Assembly: GCA_902788445.1 (NCBI GenBank)
Contig: CADAKE010000007.1
Location: forward strand, 1,182-65,181
Length of the DNA stretch: 64,000 nucleotides
Source: an uncultured Eubacteriales bacterium
GTDB taxonomy: Bacteria > Bacillota > Clostridia > Christensenellales > Aristaeellaceae
Direction of reading: 5' to 3'
Within the stretch, counting starts at the first letter, position 1, and every line of letters begins with the position of its first letter. Below the pieces are notes generated by a model that saw only the letters and a program-made list of their open reading frames with translations, was not told where the DNA came from and ran no database searches. Below are positions 30,848-40,332 of this stretch, in pieces. A program made the position numbers and the translations under genes.

Positions 30848-31581
30848 CTCAAAATCCCCTGATAGGTTTTCTGTACGTTTTCATAGGTTTCCAGGCTGCC
30901 AATGTCGTACCGCTTCCCCGGCATTTCCATGCTGTGAAGCACGGCGTGCCTGCACATCCAGGAAACCAGGCTGCCCGGCGCATCCGTGCCGCAGCCGTCG
31001 GCAATGGCTTCTTTGATCCGCCTGGCGTCCTCCGCCTTGTAGAAATAGAACGGCGGCGTGCACCAGGGAGACTTGGGTTCCGCGGGCTTTTCTTCCAGTT
31101 CAAGCAGCCGTTCGTTTTCGTCGATCACGGAAACGCCGCTCTTCCGCAGGCGCTTTTCATCCGCTTCGTAATACCGCATCGTGCAGGAGGTGTTCTTTTC
31201 CCGCGCGTAGCGGAGGAAGTGGGTCAGGCTGAAATCCAGCACGTTGTCCCCGGCGATGATCAGCAGGTCGTCGTCCAAACCAAGCCGGTCGATGGCGAAC
31301 TGGATATCGCACACCGCGCCCAGCCGCGTTTCGTTGGTGCTCGTGCCGTCGTCCACCACAGTGATGGGCAGCGTGTGCGCGTCGGCCCATGCCTGGAAAT
31401 GGCCCGCAAATTTGTGGTTGGAAATCACGATGTACTGATCCACCACGCGGGCGGAATCAATATCCTCCAGCAGCCAGTCGAGGATCGTTTTGTCCCCGAC
31501 CTTCAGGAGCGGCTTGGGAAAGTTTTCCGTCAGCGGGTACAGCCGGGTGGCGTAGCCCGCGGCAAGAATGACGCATTTCAT
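30844..31581 (-). CDS. sugar-1-phosphate nucleotidylyltransferase
   Basis: KCVILAAGYATRLYPLTENFPKPLLKVG signature. Start set to ATG 31581. Confidence 0.8.
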   Translation of the reverse strand: MKCVILAAGYATRLYPLTENFPKPLLKVGDKTILDWLLEDIDSARVVDQYIVISNHKFAGHFQAWADAHTLPITVVDDGTSTNETRLGAVCDIQFAIDRLGLDDDLLIIAGDNVLDFSLTHFLRYAREKNTSCTMRYYEADEKRLRKSGVSVIDENERLLELEEKPAEPKSPWCTPPFYFYKAEDARRIKEAIADGCGTDAPGSLVSWMCRHAVLHSMEMPGKRYDIGSLETYENVQKTYQGILR

Positions 31582-31591
31582 AAATTTATCC

Positions 31592-32776
31592 TCACTTTTG
31601 ATTGGCGATGCCATCGGCGCTGCTACACAGATGGAAGCTGTATTTGCCTTTCATTTCAGGGAACGCCGTCAGGTATTCCCGCTCCACGCGCTCCTGAATC
31701 GCGTCCGCTTTTTCCGGGTCGACCAGCGCCATGCAGCAGCCCTTGAAGCCCGCGCCGGAGAAACGGCCGCCGTAGATGCCGTCGGTTTCCCGCATGATTT
31801 CATACAGCCTGATCTGTTCCGGCGCGCCGGATTCCCAGTTGTGAATGCTGCTCCAGCCGGATTCAAAGCTCAGCCTGCCGTATGTTTCCAGGTCTCCCCT
31901 GCGCCACGCTTCCGCGCCGGCCTCCACCCGCTGAAACTCCGTGTACCAGTGTTCGCACCGCCGCGCCCACGGAACGGGCAGCCTGTCCTTAAATTCCTGA
32001 TACGTTTCAAAGGAAACGTCCCGGGCGTTCGTCTGGTTGAATTTCCCGTAATCATAGCCGCTGAACGCCTGGAGGGCATACACGCCCGCCCGCAGTTCGT
32101 CCACGCGCATGTTGAATTTGCTGCCTGCCAGGCTGTGTTCCAGGCCGCTGAAAAAAATAGCGATCCGGTAGGGCTTCATTTGCGGATGGGTCGGGATCAG
32201 TTCATAGTGATTGTCCCGGCAGTCCAGGTACAGCAGATGGTCTTTCTTGCCCAGCACTTCGCAGCTCTGGTCCAGCGTGCCCACGTTCACGCCGACGAAG
32301 TTCTTCTCCGCGTCATAGGCGACGGCGATCAGTTCGCTCGCGGAGAGGGTAATATTGTTCACCTTGCAGAGCGCGTCCAGGAAGGCCAGAATCACGGCGG
32401 CGGATGAGCTCAGGCCGCCGATGGGCAGGCTGCCCTCGATCACGCCGCACAGGCCGACGGAGAGCGAATGCTCCTTGCCCAAAGCCCAGGTGGCGCCGCG
32501 GAGATAGTCCGCCCAGTCTCCCGTCTTTCCCCCGATTTCTTTGATGTGCCACTGGGCGCGCTTCGGGAATTGCAGGCTCTGCATTTCAATCACGCCGTTG
32601 TGCTTGACGCAGTAGGCGATATGGATGCCCTTGTCGATGGCGAAGCCGGTGATTTTGCCGAGGTTGTGGTCGCTGTGCGCGCCGATGGGACAAATCCGAT
32701 AGGGAGAGAAAGCGATGGCTTCCGCGTCCCGGCCGTAAATGTCATGGAATTTCTGTTCACAAAGCATGGTTATCAT
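31592..32776 (-). CDS. GHMP-family sugar-1-kinase (galactokinase-like)
   Basis: Galactokinase-type N-motif RICPIGAHSDHNLG and GHMP ATP motif GGLSSSAAV; 394 aa. Confidence 0.8.
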   Translation of the reverse strand: MITMLCEQKFHDIYGRDAEAIAFSPYRICPIGAHSDHNLGKITGFAIDKGIHIAYCVKHNGVIEMQSLQFPKRAQWHIKEIGGKTGDWADYLRGATWALGKEHSLSVGLCGVIEGSLPIGGLSSSAAVILAFLDALCKVNNITLSASELIAVAYDAEKNFVGVNVGTLDQSCEVLGKKDHLLYLDCRDNHYELIPTHPQMKPYRIAIFFSGLEHSLAGSKFNMRVDELRAGVYALQAFSGYDYGKFNQTNARDVSFETYQEFKDRLPVPWARRCEHWYTEFQRVEAGAEAWRRGDLETYGRLSFESGWSSIHNWESGAPEQIRLYEIMRETDGIYGGRFSGAGFKGCCMALVDPEKADAIQERVEREYLTAFPEMKGKYSFHLCSSADGIANQK

Positions 32777-32785
32777 CCTCTTTTC

Positions 32786-34279
32786 TTAGTCCCTGCGGAA
32801 CAGGTCGCGGGTGTAGACCTTTTCTTTCACATCGTCCAATACGGAATCATACCGGTTCGCAATGATGCAGCCGCACATGCGCTTGAACTTCTTCAGGTCG
32901 TTGACCACCTGGGAGCCGAAGAACGTGGAGCCGTTTTCCAGCGTCGGTTCATAAATGACCACCGTCGCGCCCTTGGCCTTGATGCGCTTCATCACGCCCT
33001 GGATGGAGGACTGGCGGAAGTTGTCGCTGTTGCTCTTCATCGTCAGGCGGTACACGCCGACCACGGCCTGCTTCTGATGCTGCTCCAGCAGGTAGTCATA
33101 ATGGGCGGAGGCCGTGTATGTCCCGGCGATTTCCATCACGCGGTCGGCGATAAAGTCCTTCCGGGTGCGGTTGCTTTCCACGATGGCCTGGATCAGATTG
33201 TTCGGCACGTCCTGATAGTTGGCCAGCAGCTGCTTTGTGTCCTTGGGCAGGCAGTAGCCGCCGTAGCCAAAGGAGGGGTTGTTGTAATAATCGCCCACAC
33301 GGGGATCGAGGCAGACGCCCTGGATGATGGGCGCGGTGTTCAGCCCCTTCACTTCCGCGTAGGTGTCCAGTTCATTGAAGTAGCTGACGCGCAGCGCGAG
33401 GTACGTATTCACGAACAGCTTGGTCGCCTCGGCTTCCGTGGTGCTCATGAACAGGACAGGAATATCGGTTTTGACCGCGCTCTGCCGGAGCAGCGCGGCG
33501 AACGTCCGCGCCGCTTCCATGTTCGCTTCGTCGGCCCCGACGATGATGCGGCTCGGATAGAGGTTATCATACAGCGCCTTGGATTCGCGCAGGAACTCCG
33601 GGCTGAAAATGATGTTGTCCATGCCCATCTTTTTGCGCGCAAACACCGTATAGCCGACGGGGATGGTGGATTTGATCACCACCGTCGGCTTTGCGTCTCT
33701 TCCTTCCGTCGCTTCCTTAATGACCGACAGGACGGATTCCACCGCGCTGCAATCAAAGAAATTGTTCTTGGGGTCGTAATTCGTCGGCGCGGAGACGATG
33801 ATGAAGTCCGCGGAAGCATACGCCGCCCGGGCATCCGTCGTGGCCGCCAGGCTGAGCTTCCTCTCTTCATGCTCAGCCAGGAATTTTTCGATGTAATCAT
33901 CCTGGATAGGAGATTCCCAGCGGTTGATTTTTTCGACCTTCTCCGGAATAATGTCCACGGCGGTCACGTCGTTATGCTGGGAAAGCAGCACCGCCAGGGA
34001 CAGGCCGACATAGCCAGTTCCGGCGACGGCGATTTTCCTCCTGTCCAGCAGCGCCGTTTCTTCCCGATCTTCCGCCAGGACGTCCGACATCTGGAACCCG
34101 AGGACGGAAGAAAGCGACAGCAATTGATCGACGGACGGGCTGTAATCCCCCGCTTCCAGGCGCGAGAGGATCGACCGGTTCATGCCCACTTTTTCCGAAA
34201 GGGCTGTCTGAGACAGCTTGAGTTTTTTTCGCTTCTGCGACACGGTTTCGGCCAGCAGTTTCAGGGAGAGGTGTTTCAT
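32786..34279 (-). CDS. ugd: UDP-glucose 6-dehydrogenase with N-terminal XRE-type HTH domain
   Basis: N-terminus: [33 protein letters not shown]. Then [18 protein letters not shown] Rossmann and GGYCLPKD catalytic Cys motif. Start set to ATG 34279 after GGAGG. Confidence 0.85.
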   Translation of the reverse strand: MKHLSLKLLAETVSQKRKKLKLSQTALSEKVGMNRSILSRLEAGDYSPSVDQLLSLSSVLGFQMSDVLAEDREETALLDRRKIAVAGTGYVGLSLAVLLSQHNDVTAVDIIPEKVEKINRWESPIQDDYIEKFLAEHEERKLSLAATTDARAAYASADFIIVSAPTNYDPKNNFFDCSAVESVLSVIKEATEGRDAKPTVVIKSTIPVGYTVFARKKMGMDNIIFSPEFLRESKALYDNLYPSRIIVGADEANMEAARTFAALLRQSAVKTDIPVLFMSTTEAEATKLFVNTYLALRVSYFNELDTYAEVKGLNTAPIIQGVCLDPRVGDYYNNPSFGYGGYCLPKDTKQLLANYQDVPNNLIQAIVESNRTRKDFIADRVMEIAGTYTASAHYDYLLEQHQKQAVVGVYRLTMKSNSDNFRQSSIQGVMKRIKAKGATVVIYEPTLENGSTFFGSQVVNDLKKFKRMCGCIIANRYDSVLDDVKEKVYTRDLFRRD

Positions 34280-34421
34280 TCGCGCGCCTCCTGCCTCGAG
34301 ATGAGGTTCATTCTGTCCTGCGCGTTTTCCGCATGACAAAAATATTGTATCAGGGGGCGCTGAGAAAATCAATAGGTTTGTGTGTGAAAAAGCGGGAGAT
34401 ATTCAAGAAAAAGTGAAGAAA

Positions 34422-34454
34422 TTTAAAAATACTGTTGCTGATAGCAACAGTATT
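34422..34454 (-). terminator. intrinsic terminator candidate after the lctD-like gene
   Basis: AATACTGTTGCT / AGCAACAGTATT 12-bp stem with a 3-nt loop, followed on the minus strand by TTTAAATTTCTTC. Confidence 0.5.
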
Positions 34455-34479
34455 CATTTCCCTTCAAAGACGTGTTTCT

Positions 34480-35880
34480 TTATTCCACGATCTTCCCCGG
34501 GTTCAGGATGCCGTTCGGGTCGAAGGCGGCTTTGATGCCGGCCATGAGGCGCATCTGCGTCTCCCCCACGCTCTCTTTCAAAAACGCTTTCTTGGCATGG
34601 CCGATGCCGTGCTCGCCGCTGACCTCTCCGCCCATTTCCCGCGCCGCGGAATACAATTGTTCCATCACCCAGGCGACCTTCTGTTTCCATGCGTCCTCCG
34701 GCAGATCATCCCGGCAGACGTAGATATGCAGGTTCCCGTCCCCGGCGTGCCCAAAGGAGCGGATGCGCACCTCCGCTTCCTTCCCGATTTCGACCATCCG
34801 GTGCACAAAAGCAGGAATCAAATCGCGCGGCACCACCACGTCGCATTCGTCCATGGTGGTCGTGCTGCCCTTGATGGCCTCCAGGAACGCGCCCCGGGCG
34901 TTCCAGATGCTTTCCTTGCGTTCATCGGTATCCGCCAGCAGCACGTCCTTCGCGCCGATGGACAGGGCCAGGTTCGTGAGCTCATCCATGGCGGGCTGGA
35001 GCGCTTCGGCGCTGGGGCCGTCCAGCCGCACCAGCAAATAGGCGTTCGCGCTGGTATCGGGGAACTGCTTGCCGAGGTAGGTTTCCGCGCAGGAGATCAC
35101 CTCGCGCTCCATGAACTCCACGGCTGTGGGCTCGCAGCCGGAGGCAAGCACCTGGGGCACCGCCTGGATGCAAGCGTCCAAATCGTCAAAGGGCATGAGC
35201 AGGGACAGGTTCACCTTGGGCTCCGGCACCAGCTTCACCGTCAGGCGGGTCAGGAAGCCCAGCGTTCCTTCGCTGCCGATCATGAGGTCGATCAGGCTGT
35301 AGCCCGAGGAGGTTTTCACCGTCTTTCCGCCCAGGTGAATCAGCGTGCCGTCCGCCAGCGCCACGTCCATGCCGAGCACATAATCCCGGGTGACGCCAAA
35401 GCGCACGGCCCGCATCCCGCCCGCGTTGGTCATGGCGTTGCCGCCCATGGTGGCGGTTTTTTCGCCGGGATCGGGCGGATAAAACAGGCCCGTCCCCTCC
35501 AGCGCCTTGGGGAATTCCATCAGCAGCACGCCCGGCTCCACCGTGGCGGTCATGTTCCGGGTGTCCACCTCCAGCACCTTTTTCATTTTTTCCGTGCTCA
35601 GCACCACGCCGCCGTGAATCGCCACGCACCCGCCGCAAAGCCCCGTACCCGCGCCGCGTGGCGTGACGGGAATCAAATGCTCGTTGCAGTATTTGAGGAC
35701 GGCGCAAATCTCTTCGGCGCTTGCCGCCTGCAAGACCGCTTCCGGCAGGAAATGGCCGTACTCCGTCATTTCATCGTGGTCATAGTCGTTGGATATTTCT
35801 TCGCCGCTGAACACGCGGCCCGGCATCAGGCCGCGGAAAAAGCTGAGATCGGCTTCCGTTACACGGTTGAATGTTTTCAT
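34480..35880 (-). CDS. FAD-linked oxidase (GlcD/D-lactate dehydrogenase family), LctD-like
   Basis: FAD_binding_4-type N-half ([13 protein letters not shown]) and C-terminal [10 protein letters not shown] motif. Overlaps the etfA stop. Confidence 0.8.
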   Translation of the reverse strand: MKTFNRVTEADLSFFRGLMPGRVFSGEEISNDYDHDEMTEYGHFLPEAVLQAASAEEICAVLKYCNEHLIPVTPRGAGTGLCGGCVAIHGGVVLSTEKMKKVLEVDTRNMTATVEPGVLLMEFPKALEGTGLFYPPDPGEKTATMGGNAMTNAGGMRAVRFGVTRDYVLGMDVALADGTLIHLGGKTVKTSSGYSLIDLMIGSEGTLGFLTRLTVKLVPEPKVNLSLLMPFDDLDACIQAVPQVLASGCEPTAVEFMEREVISCAETYLGKQFPDTSANAYLLVRLDGPSAEALQPAMDELTNLALSIGAKDVLLADTDERKESIWNARGAFLEAIKGSTTTMDECDVVVPRDLIPAFVHRMVEIGKEAEVRIRSFGHAGDGNLHIYVCRDDLPEDAWKQKVAWVMEQLYSAAREMGGEVSGEHGIGHAKKAFLKESVGETQMRLMAGIKAAFDPNGILNPGKIVE

Positions 35881-37073
35881 GGCTGCGCCTCCTTGAGCTT
35901 CTGAATCAGCGCGGGAACAATTTCATACAGATCTCCCACGATGGCGACGTGGGCCACCTGGAAAATCGGCGCGTCCGGGTCGGTGTTGATGGACACGATG
36001 TGGTCGCTGCCGTTCATGCAGGCGGTGAATTGAATGGCGCCGCTCACGCCGCAGGTGATGATGAGCCGGGGCCGCACCGTGCGCCCGGACAGGCCGATCT
36101 GGCGATCGTTCGTCGCCCATCCTTTTTCCACCAGCGGACGGGACACGGCCCAGTCGCCGCCCAGCAAACGCGCCAATTCTTTTACCATTTCCAAGTCCGC
36201 TTCCTTTTGCAGGCCGCGGCCGCCGACCACCAAAATCTCCGCGTCGGAAATGCTCTTTTTCGGCGGGATGGGCGTCACGCTGACGCAGGACACCTTGGAA
36301 TCAAACACTGCCTTGGGGATTTTCTTTTGCGCGATCTCCCCCGTCGCCGCGTCGTCCCTAACCGGCGTATTCATCACCTTATAGCGAACCGTGGCGAACT
36401 GGGGCCGGGTGCGGGTGGTGATGATCTGGGCCATGATGTTGCCGCCGAACGCGGGACGGATCTGCACCAGGTCGGTGTTCTCCCGCAGTTCCAGGGTGGT
36501 GCAGTCCGCCGTCAGGCCGGTATGGAACCGGGTCGCCAGGCGCGGGGCCAGGGAACGGCCCAGGCTCGTCGCGCCGACCAGCACCACGCTGGGGCGCGCC
36601 GCTTGAATGTAATCCTCCACGCAGGCGGCGTAAGCGTCCGCCCGGAAATAGGAAAGCTCCGGGTCATCGTACACCGCGATTTCGCTCACGCCGTAATGCC
36701 GCAGTTCTTCCGCGAAGGGCTGAACATCCTTGCCCACCAATACCGCCTTTACCTTGAATCCAATGGGCGTTCCAAGCTCCCGCGCTTTGCCGATCAGTTC
36801 CAGCGACACGGGATGCAGCCTTCCGCCGCTGACCTCGGCAAACACCAGGATGTCCTTCCACTGGCTTTTGTCCACGGAATCCTGTTTGGTTTCCAGTTTG
36901 ATGATCGCCTTCTCCGGACAGGTTTTCACGCAGATGCCGCAGACCTTGCAGGCAGCGTTCAGTTCCGGCTTCCCGTTCGGCATGTCGATCGCCCCGAACG
37001 GGCAGTTGGCCGCGCAGAGGCCGCAGCCGGTGCATTTCCGTTCCAGTACCGCAATTTTCGCCATGGCTGCCAT
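35877..37073 (-). CDS. etfA: electron transfer flavoprotein alpha subunit with N-terminal 2x[4Fe-4S] ferredoxin domain
   Basis: [12 protein letters not shown] and [12 protein letters not shown] cluster motifs, followed by the EtfA FAD domain (SGAIQF..). Confidence 0.85.
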   Translation of the reverse strand: MAAMAKIAVLERKCTGCGLCAANCPFGAIDMPNGKPELNAACKVCGICVKTCPEKAIIKLETKQDSVDKSQWKDILVFAEVSGGRLHPVSLELIGKARELGTPIGFKVKAVLVGKDVQPFAEELRHYGVSEIAVYDDPELSYFRADAYAACVEDYIQAARPSVVLVGATSLGRSLAPRLATRFHTGLTADCTTLELRENTDLVQIRPAFGGNIMAQIITTRTRPQFATVRYKVMNTPVRDDAATGEIAQKKIPKAVFDSKVSCVSVTPIPPKKSISDAEILVVGGRGLQKEADLEMVKELARLLGGDWAVSRPLVEKGWATNDRQIGLSGRTVRPRLIITCGVSGAIQFTACMNGSDHIVSINTDPDAPIFQVAHVAIVGDLYEIVPALIQKLKEAQP

Positions 37074-37079
37074 CCTCCT

Positions 37080-37859
37080 TTAAATGAACTTCCACTTCTT
37101 CAACTGCGCGCGCAGCTTGTCCGCGCTGTCTTTCCCCGTCCATACTTCATGCTCCACGTCGTTTTGCGGCGGGAAGATGCGCTCCACCTGGGTGGGGCTG
37201 CCGGTCAGGCCGTAGTGCGTTTCGTCGGTATCCAAAAAGCTGTCCAGGCCCTGGATGTGGATTTCTTTGTTTTTCACCTGCTTCGCGGTTTTGAGCGAAG
37301 GCAGGCGCGGCATGTAGATATCCTGCTCCACGGTAATCAGGCATGGGAACGGGATATGCACGGTTTCGATCACGTCCTGCAATTGCTGTTCCGCGTCCAC
37401 GCCGTCGCCGTTCACCGTCAATTTACTCACCCATGCCGCGTGCGGGATGCCCATGTGCTCAGCAATCGCGGGGCCGACCTGCGCGGTATCCCCGTCGGTG
37501 GTCTGCCGTCCGCAGAGGATCAGGTCAAAGTCCCCCACGCTCTGAATTGCCTGGGACAGGGTGTAGCTGGTGGCCAGCACATCCGCGCCACCCAAACGCC
37601 GGTCGGAAAACACATAGCCCTCGTCCGCGCCCATCATGTAGGCTTCCCGGATGATGGCCTGGGCCTGCGGCGGGCCCATCGTGCCCACAGTCACCTTGCC
37701 GCCGTACTGCTCCTTTAAGCGAAGCGCCGTTTCCAGCGCATAGAGATCGTAGGGGTTCATTTTGCTCGCCACGCCGCCGCGCTTGAGCACCCCTGTCTTT
37801 TCGTCCACCTGCACCTTGTTCGTGGCAGGCACCTGCTTGATGCATACAAAAACATTCAT
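37080..37859 (-). CDS. etfB: electron transfer flavoprotein beta subunit
   Basis: MNVFVCIKQVPAT N-terminus typical of EtfB. Start set to ATG 37859. Confidence 0.85.
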   Translation of the reverse strand: MNVFVCIKQVPATNKVQVDEKTGVLKRGGVASKMNPYDLYALETALRLKEQYGGKVTVGTMGPPQAQAIIREAYMMGADEGYVFSDRRLGGADVLATSYTLSQAIQSVGDFDLILCGRQTTDGDTAQVGPAIAEHMGIPHAAWVSKLTVNGDGVDAEQQLQDVIETVHIPFPCLITVEQDIYMPRLPSLKTAKQVKNKEIHIQGLDSFLDTDETHYGLTGSPTQVERIFPPQNDVEHEVWTGKDSADKLRAQLKKWKFI

Positions 37860-37974
37860 GGCTTTGTTCCTTCCCTTTGAATCATCATGGATGGGCAACG
37901 GGCTTGATCTGTTCAGGATTTTCTTTTCCCAGTATATCACAGTTTATTGCGCATTTCCACCATTTTTTCAAGGC

Positions 37975-38014
37975 AAAAAAAGAAACCGTTCCCTGATATG
38001 CAAAGAACGGTTTC
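37975..38014 (-). terminator. intrinsic terminator after the COG0523 pair
   Basis: On the minus strand: GAAACCGTT / AACGGTTTC 9-bp stem followed by T7. Confidence 0.75.
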
Positions 38015-38036
38015 GCTCCGTCTGTAAAAAGACGCT

Positions 38037-38987
38037 TCAATTGAAGGTGATATACTTTTCCCGGGGCCGGGCGGCGGGTTCCGTCGATACCTCGGCAAAG
38101 GTGAGGATGGCCCGTCCGTCGCCGCCGGTCATTTTGTGACACTTGGCGGTGAGCTTATAGAAATGCCGCGTGGTGGGCTTCAGCTTGCCCTGCGTCACCC
38201 ATCCCATCTGCTGGATATCGTTGGCGCAGCAGGTCATGGCCAGACGGCCGAAATAATAGTATCCGGCGGGAATGGCGTTGTCCGGGAAAGGCTGACCCAC
38301 GAAGCGGACAGTCTTGCCGTCGTAACGCTCGGGATGGTCCAGGGAGTCGATGTAGAAAATGCCCAGCTGATCGTCGGCAATGTCGATGATCTCGGCTTTC
38401 ATGTCGTAGGGTAAGTCCTCGTCGGCAATGCCGTCCTCGGAGGAGCCGTCCTTGTTTTCAAAGAGGATGTTAGTGTTGGGGTTCAGGGCGCGGATGGCCC
38501 GCCGCCACTGGGACTTTGGCATGTCCTCGGTGCAGCGGTTGAACAGCACCAGGTCAGCTTCCTTCATGGGGTCGGTGAGGATGGTGCGCACGTTGGCCAT
38601 GTAGTTGTCAAACGTGGTGGCGTCCACCGTGGTAATCACCTGCACCACCCGCCACAGGGCAGGCATTTCCACCTTGCCCATGTAGTCGATGGTCCACATG
38701 TTGTTGTACTCGATAATGACCCGCTCGGGCTGTACCTGGGCGTCAATGCGGCGCAGGCTTTCTTCCGTCCACTGGTCCTTGTCGTCCATGGTCACCAGGG
38801 TGCAGTTGTTTTCCTTGAGCAGGGCTTCATCGTATTCCTCGATGCCCTCCTCGCAGCTGATGATCAGGGTTTTTTCGCCCCGGGAAAAGCCCTTATCCTC
38901 CAGCATGGAGTGGATGAGCGTGGTCTTGCCGCTTTCGATGAAGCCGGTCACAATGTAGACCCCGGCGATTTTCTGTGTTGTTTTCAT
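38037..38987 (-). CDS. P-loop GTPase-like (degenerate CobW/COG0523 N-domain) fused to a DUF1980-like CC-motif C-terminal domain
   Basis: Walker A GFIESGKT but no CxCC. C-terminal RLAMTCCANDIQ motif resembles the TIGR03943/DUF1980 family. Confidence 0.6.
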   Translation of the reverse strand: MKTTQKIAGVYIVTGFIESGKTTLIHSMLEDKGFSRGEKTLIISCEEGIEEYDEALLKENNCTLVTMDDKDQWTEESLRRIDAQVQPERVIIEYNNMWTIDYMGKVEMPALWRVVQVITTVDATTFDNYMANVRTILTDPMKEADLVLFNRCTEDMPKSQWRRAIRALNPNTNILFENKDGSSEDGIADEDLPYDMKAEIIDIADDQLGIFYIDSLDHPERYDGKTVRFVGQPFPDNAIPAGYYYFGRLAMTCCANDIQQMGWVTQGKLKPTTRHFYKLTAKCHKMTGGDGRAILTFAEVSTEPAARPREKYITFN

Positions 38988-39010
38988 AGTTATCTGTTCC
39001 TATGTCTTTC

Positions 39011-39111
39011 AAAGTTCAAAGTTCTAAGTTGTAAGTTCTAAGTAATAGAATATTCTACTTGCTGCGCTTCATAAACTCCGTCTCAGAACTTAGAACGAAG
39101 AACTTAGAACT
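39011..39111. repeat. Heptad-arm hairpin element H5 (unit AAGTTCW)
   Basis: AAAGTTCAAAGTTCTAAGTTGTAAGTTCTAAGT (39011-39043) faces CAGAACTTAGAACGAAGAACTTAGAACT (39084-39111), giving 9 bp, an internal loop, then 12 bp. It ends 6 nt from the upstream gene's stop. Confidence 0.8.
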
Positions 39112-39117
39112 AATAAA

Positions 39118-40236
39118 TCAAATATTGAACAGCGCTTTCAGCGCTTTTTCGTCGATGTTAGTGCCAATGACCACCAGGCGGCCCGCGTAGTCCGGCGTGC
39201 TGGGACGAATCTGCAATTCGCCGGGCACGTAGTCAAACTGGAACCAATCCCCTTCGGGCGTCTGCAAAATGCCCTTGGCGCGCAGGATCAGGCCGTATTC
39301 CTCCTGGTCGGACAGCGCGTCGGTCATGCCGCGGATCTCGTCCTGAGTGAAGCGGCGGGCCGTTTCCACGCCCACGTTTTCAAACACCTCGTCCGCGTCG
39401 TGTTCGCCGGGATGATGGTGATGGTGGTGATGATGCTCATGATCGTGGTCATGATGATGGTGCTCATGCTCATCCTCGTCATGGTCATGATGGTGATGTT
39501 CGTGCTCATCCTCATCTTCGTCGTGATCATGATGATGGTGTTCATGTTCGTCCTCATCATGATCGTGGTGGTGATGATGTTCATGCTCGTCCTCGTCGTC
39601 GTCATCATCGTCCAGTTCCACGTGGATTTCGATGGGCTTGCCGCTCTCGATCACTTCCAGCATGGTGTCGGGGTCGAGATCATCCCAGGGGGTGGTGATG
39701 ATGCGGGCGTCGGGATGCTGCTCCAGGATCAGGGCGCGGCTCTTTTCCACCCGGTCAGCGGCCAAAAGCTGGGTGCGGCTGAAAATGATGGTGGCGGCGG
39801 ACTTTACCTGGTCAATGAAGAATTCGCCGAAGTTCTTCATATACATGCGGCACTTGCTGGCGTCCACCACGGTGGCGCAGCCCGCGATCGTCAGGTCGTC
39901 ATGGCGGCTCTTGGCCTTTTCCACAGCGGCGATGATCTCGCTCAGCTTGCCCACGCCGGTGGGCTCCACCAGGATGCGGTCGGGATGATAGGTGTCGATC
40001 AGTTCGTCGATGGACTTCTGGAAGTCCCCGGCCAGGGTGCAGCAGATGCAGCCGGAATTGAGCTCCGTCACGGTGATGCCGGCGTCCTTCATAAAGCCGC
40101 CGTCAATGCCGATTTCGCCGTATTCGTTTTCCAGCAGGATCACCTTTTCCTTGGCGATCTTGCCGCCCAGGAGCTTTTTAATCAGCGTGGTTTTGCCAGC
40201 GCCGAGAAAACCGGAAATAATGTTGACCTTTACCAT
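39118..40236 (-). CDS. COG0523 (CobW/YjiA/ZigA-type) metallochaperone GTPase with a long His/Asp/Glu-rich insert
   Basis: GFLGAGKTTL Walker A, GCICCTLAGDF CxCC metal motif, and about 70 aa of HEHHHHDHDEDE-type repeats. Confidence 0.85.
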   Translation of the reverse strand: MVKVNIISGFLGAGKTTLIKKLLGGKIAKEKVILLENEYGEIGIDGGFMKDAGITVTELNSGCICCTLAGDFQKSIDELIDTYHPDRILVEPTGVGKLSEIIAAVEKAKSRHDDLTIAGCATVVDASKCRMYMKNFGEFFIDQVKSAATIIFSRTQLLAADRVEKSRALILEQHPDARIITTPWDDLDPDTMLEVIESGKPIEIHVELDDDDDDEDEHEHHHHHDHDEDEHEHHHHDHDEDEDEHEHHHHDHDEDEHEHHHHDHDHEHHHHHHHHPGEHDADEVFENVGVETARRFTQDEIRGMTDALSDQEEYGLILRAKGILQTPEGDWFQFDYVPGELQIRPSTPDYAGRLVVIGTNIDEKALKALFNI

Positions 40237-40332
40237 CGTTTGTTCTCTCCTTTTTGCGTCGCAGAAACATCTTTGATCTGCCGCACTATTTATTATAACA
40301 GATATGTCAAGGGGCTTTTTGTATTTTTTTGA

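Noticed and set aside
32468-34336. 622-aa plus-strand ORF. Similar long antisense ORFs lie at 34435-35904, 35871-37718, 44373-45422, 48678-50099, 53080-54420 and 57013-58605.
   Set aside because: Each lies opposite a confidently identified gene (ugd, glcD-like, etfA/etfB, DUF2233, the GGDEF-EAL protein, polA, the SBP gene). None shows a recognisable motif or sensible start context.
39400-40332. 310-aa plus-strand ORF rich in M/V/I opposite the His-rich tract
   Set aside because: It is the antisense reading of CAT/CAC/GAT repeats. The minus-strand frame has Walker A and CxCC motifs.
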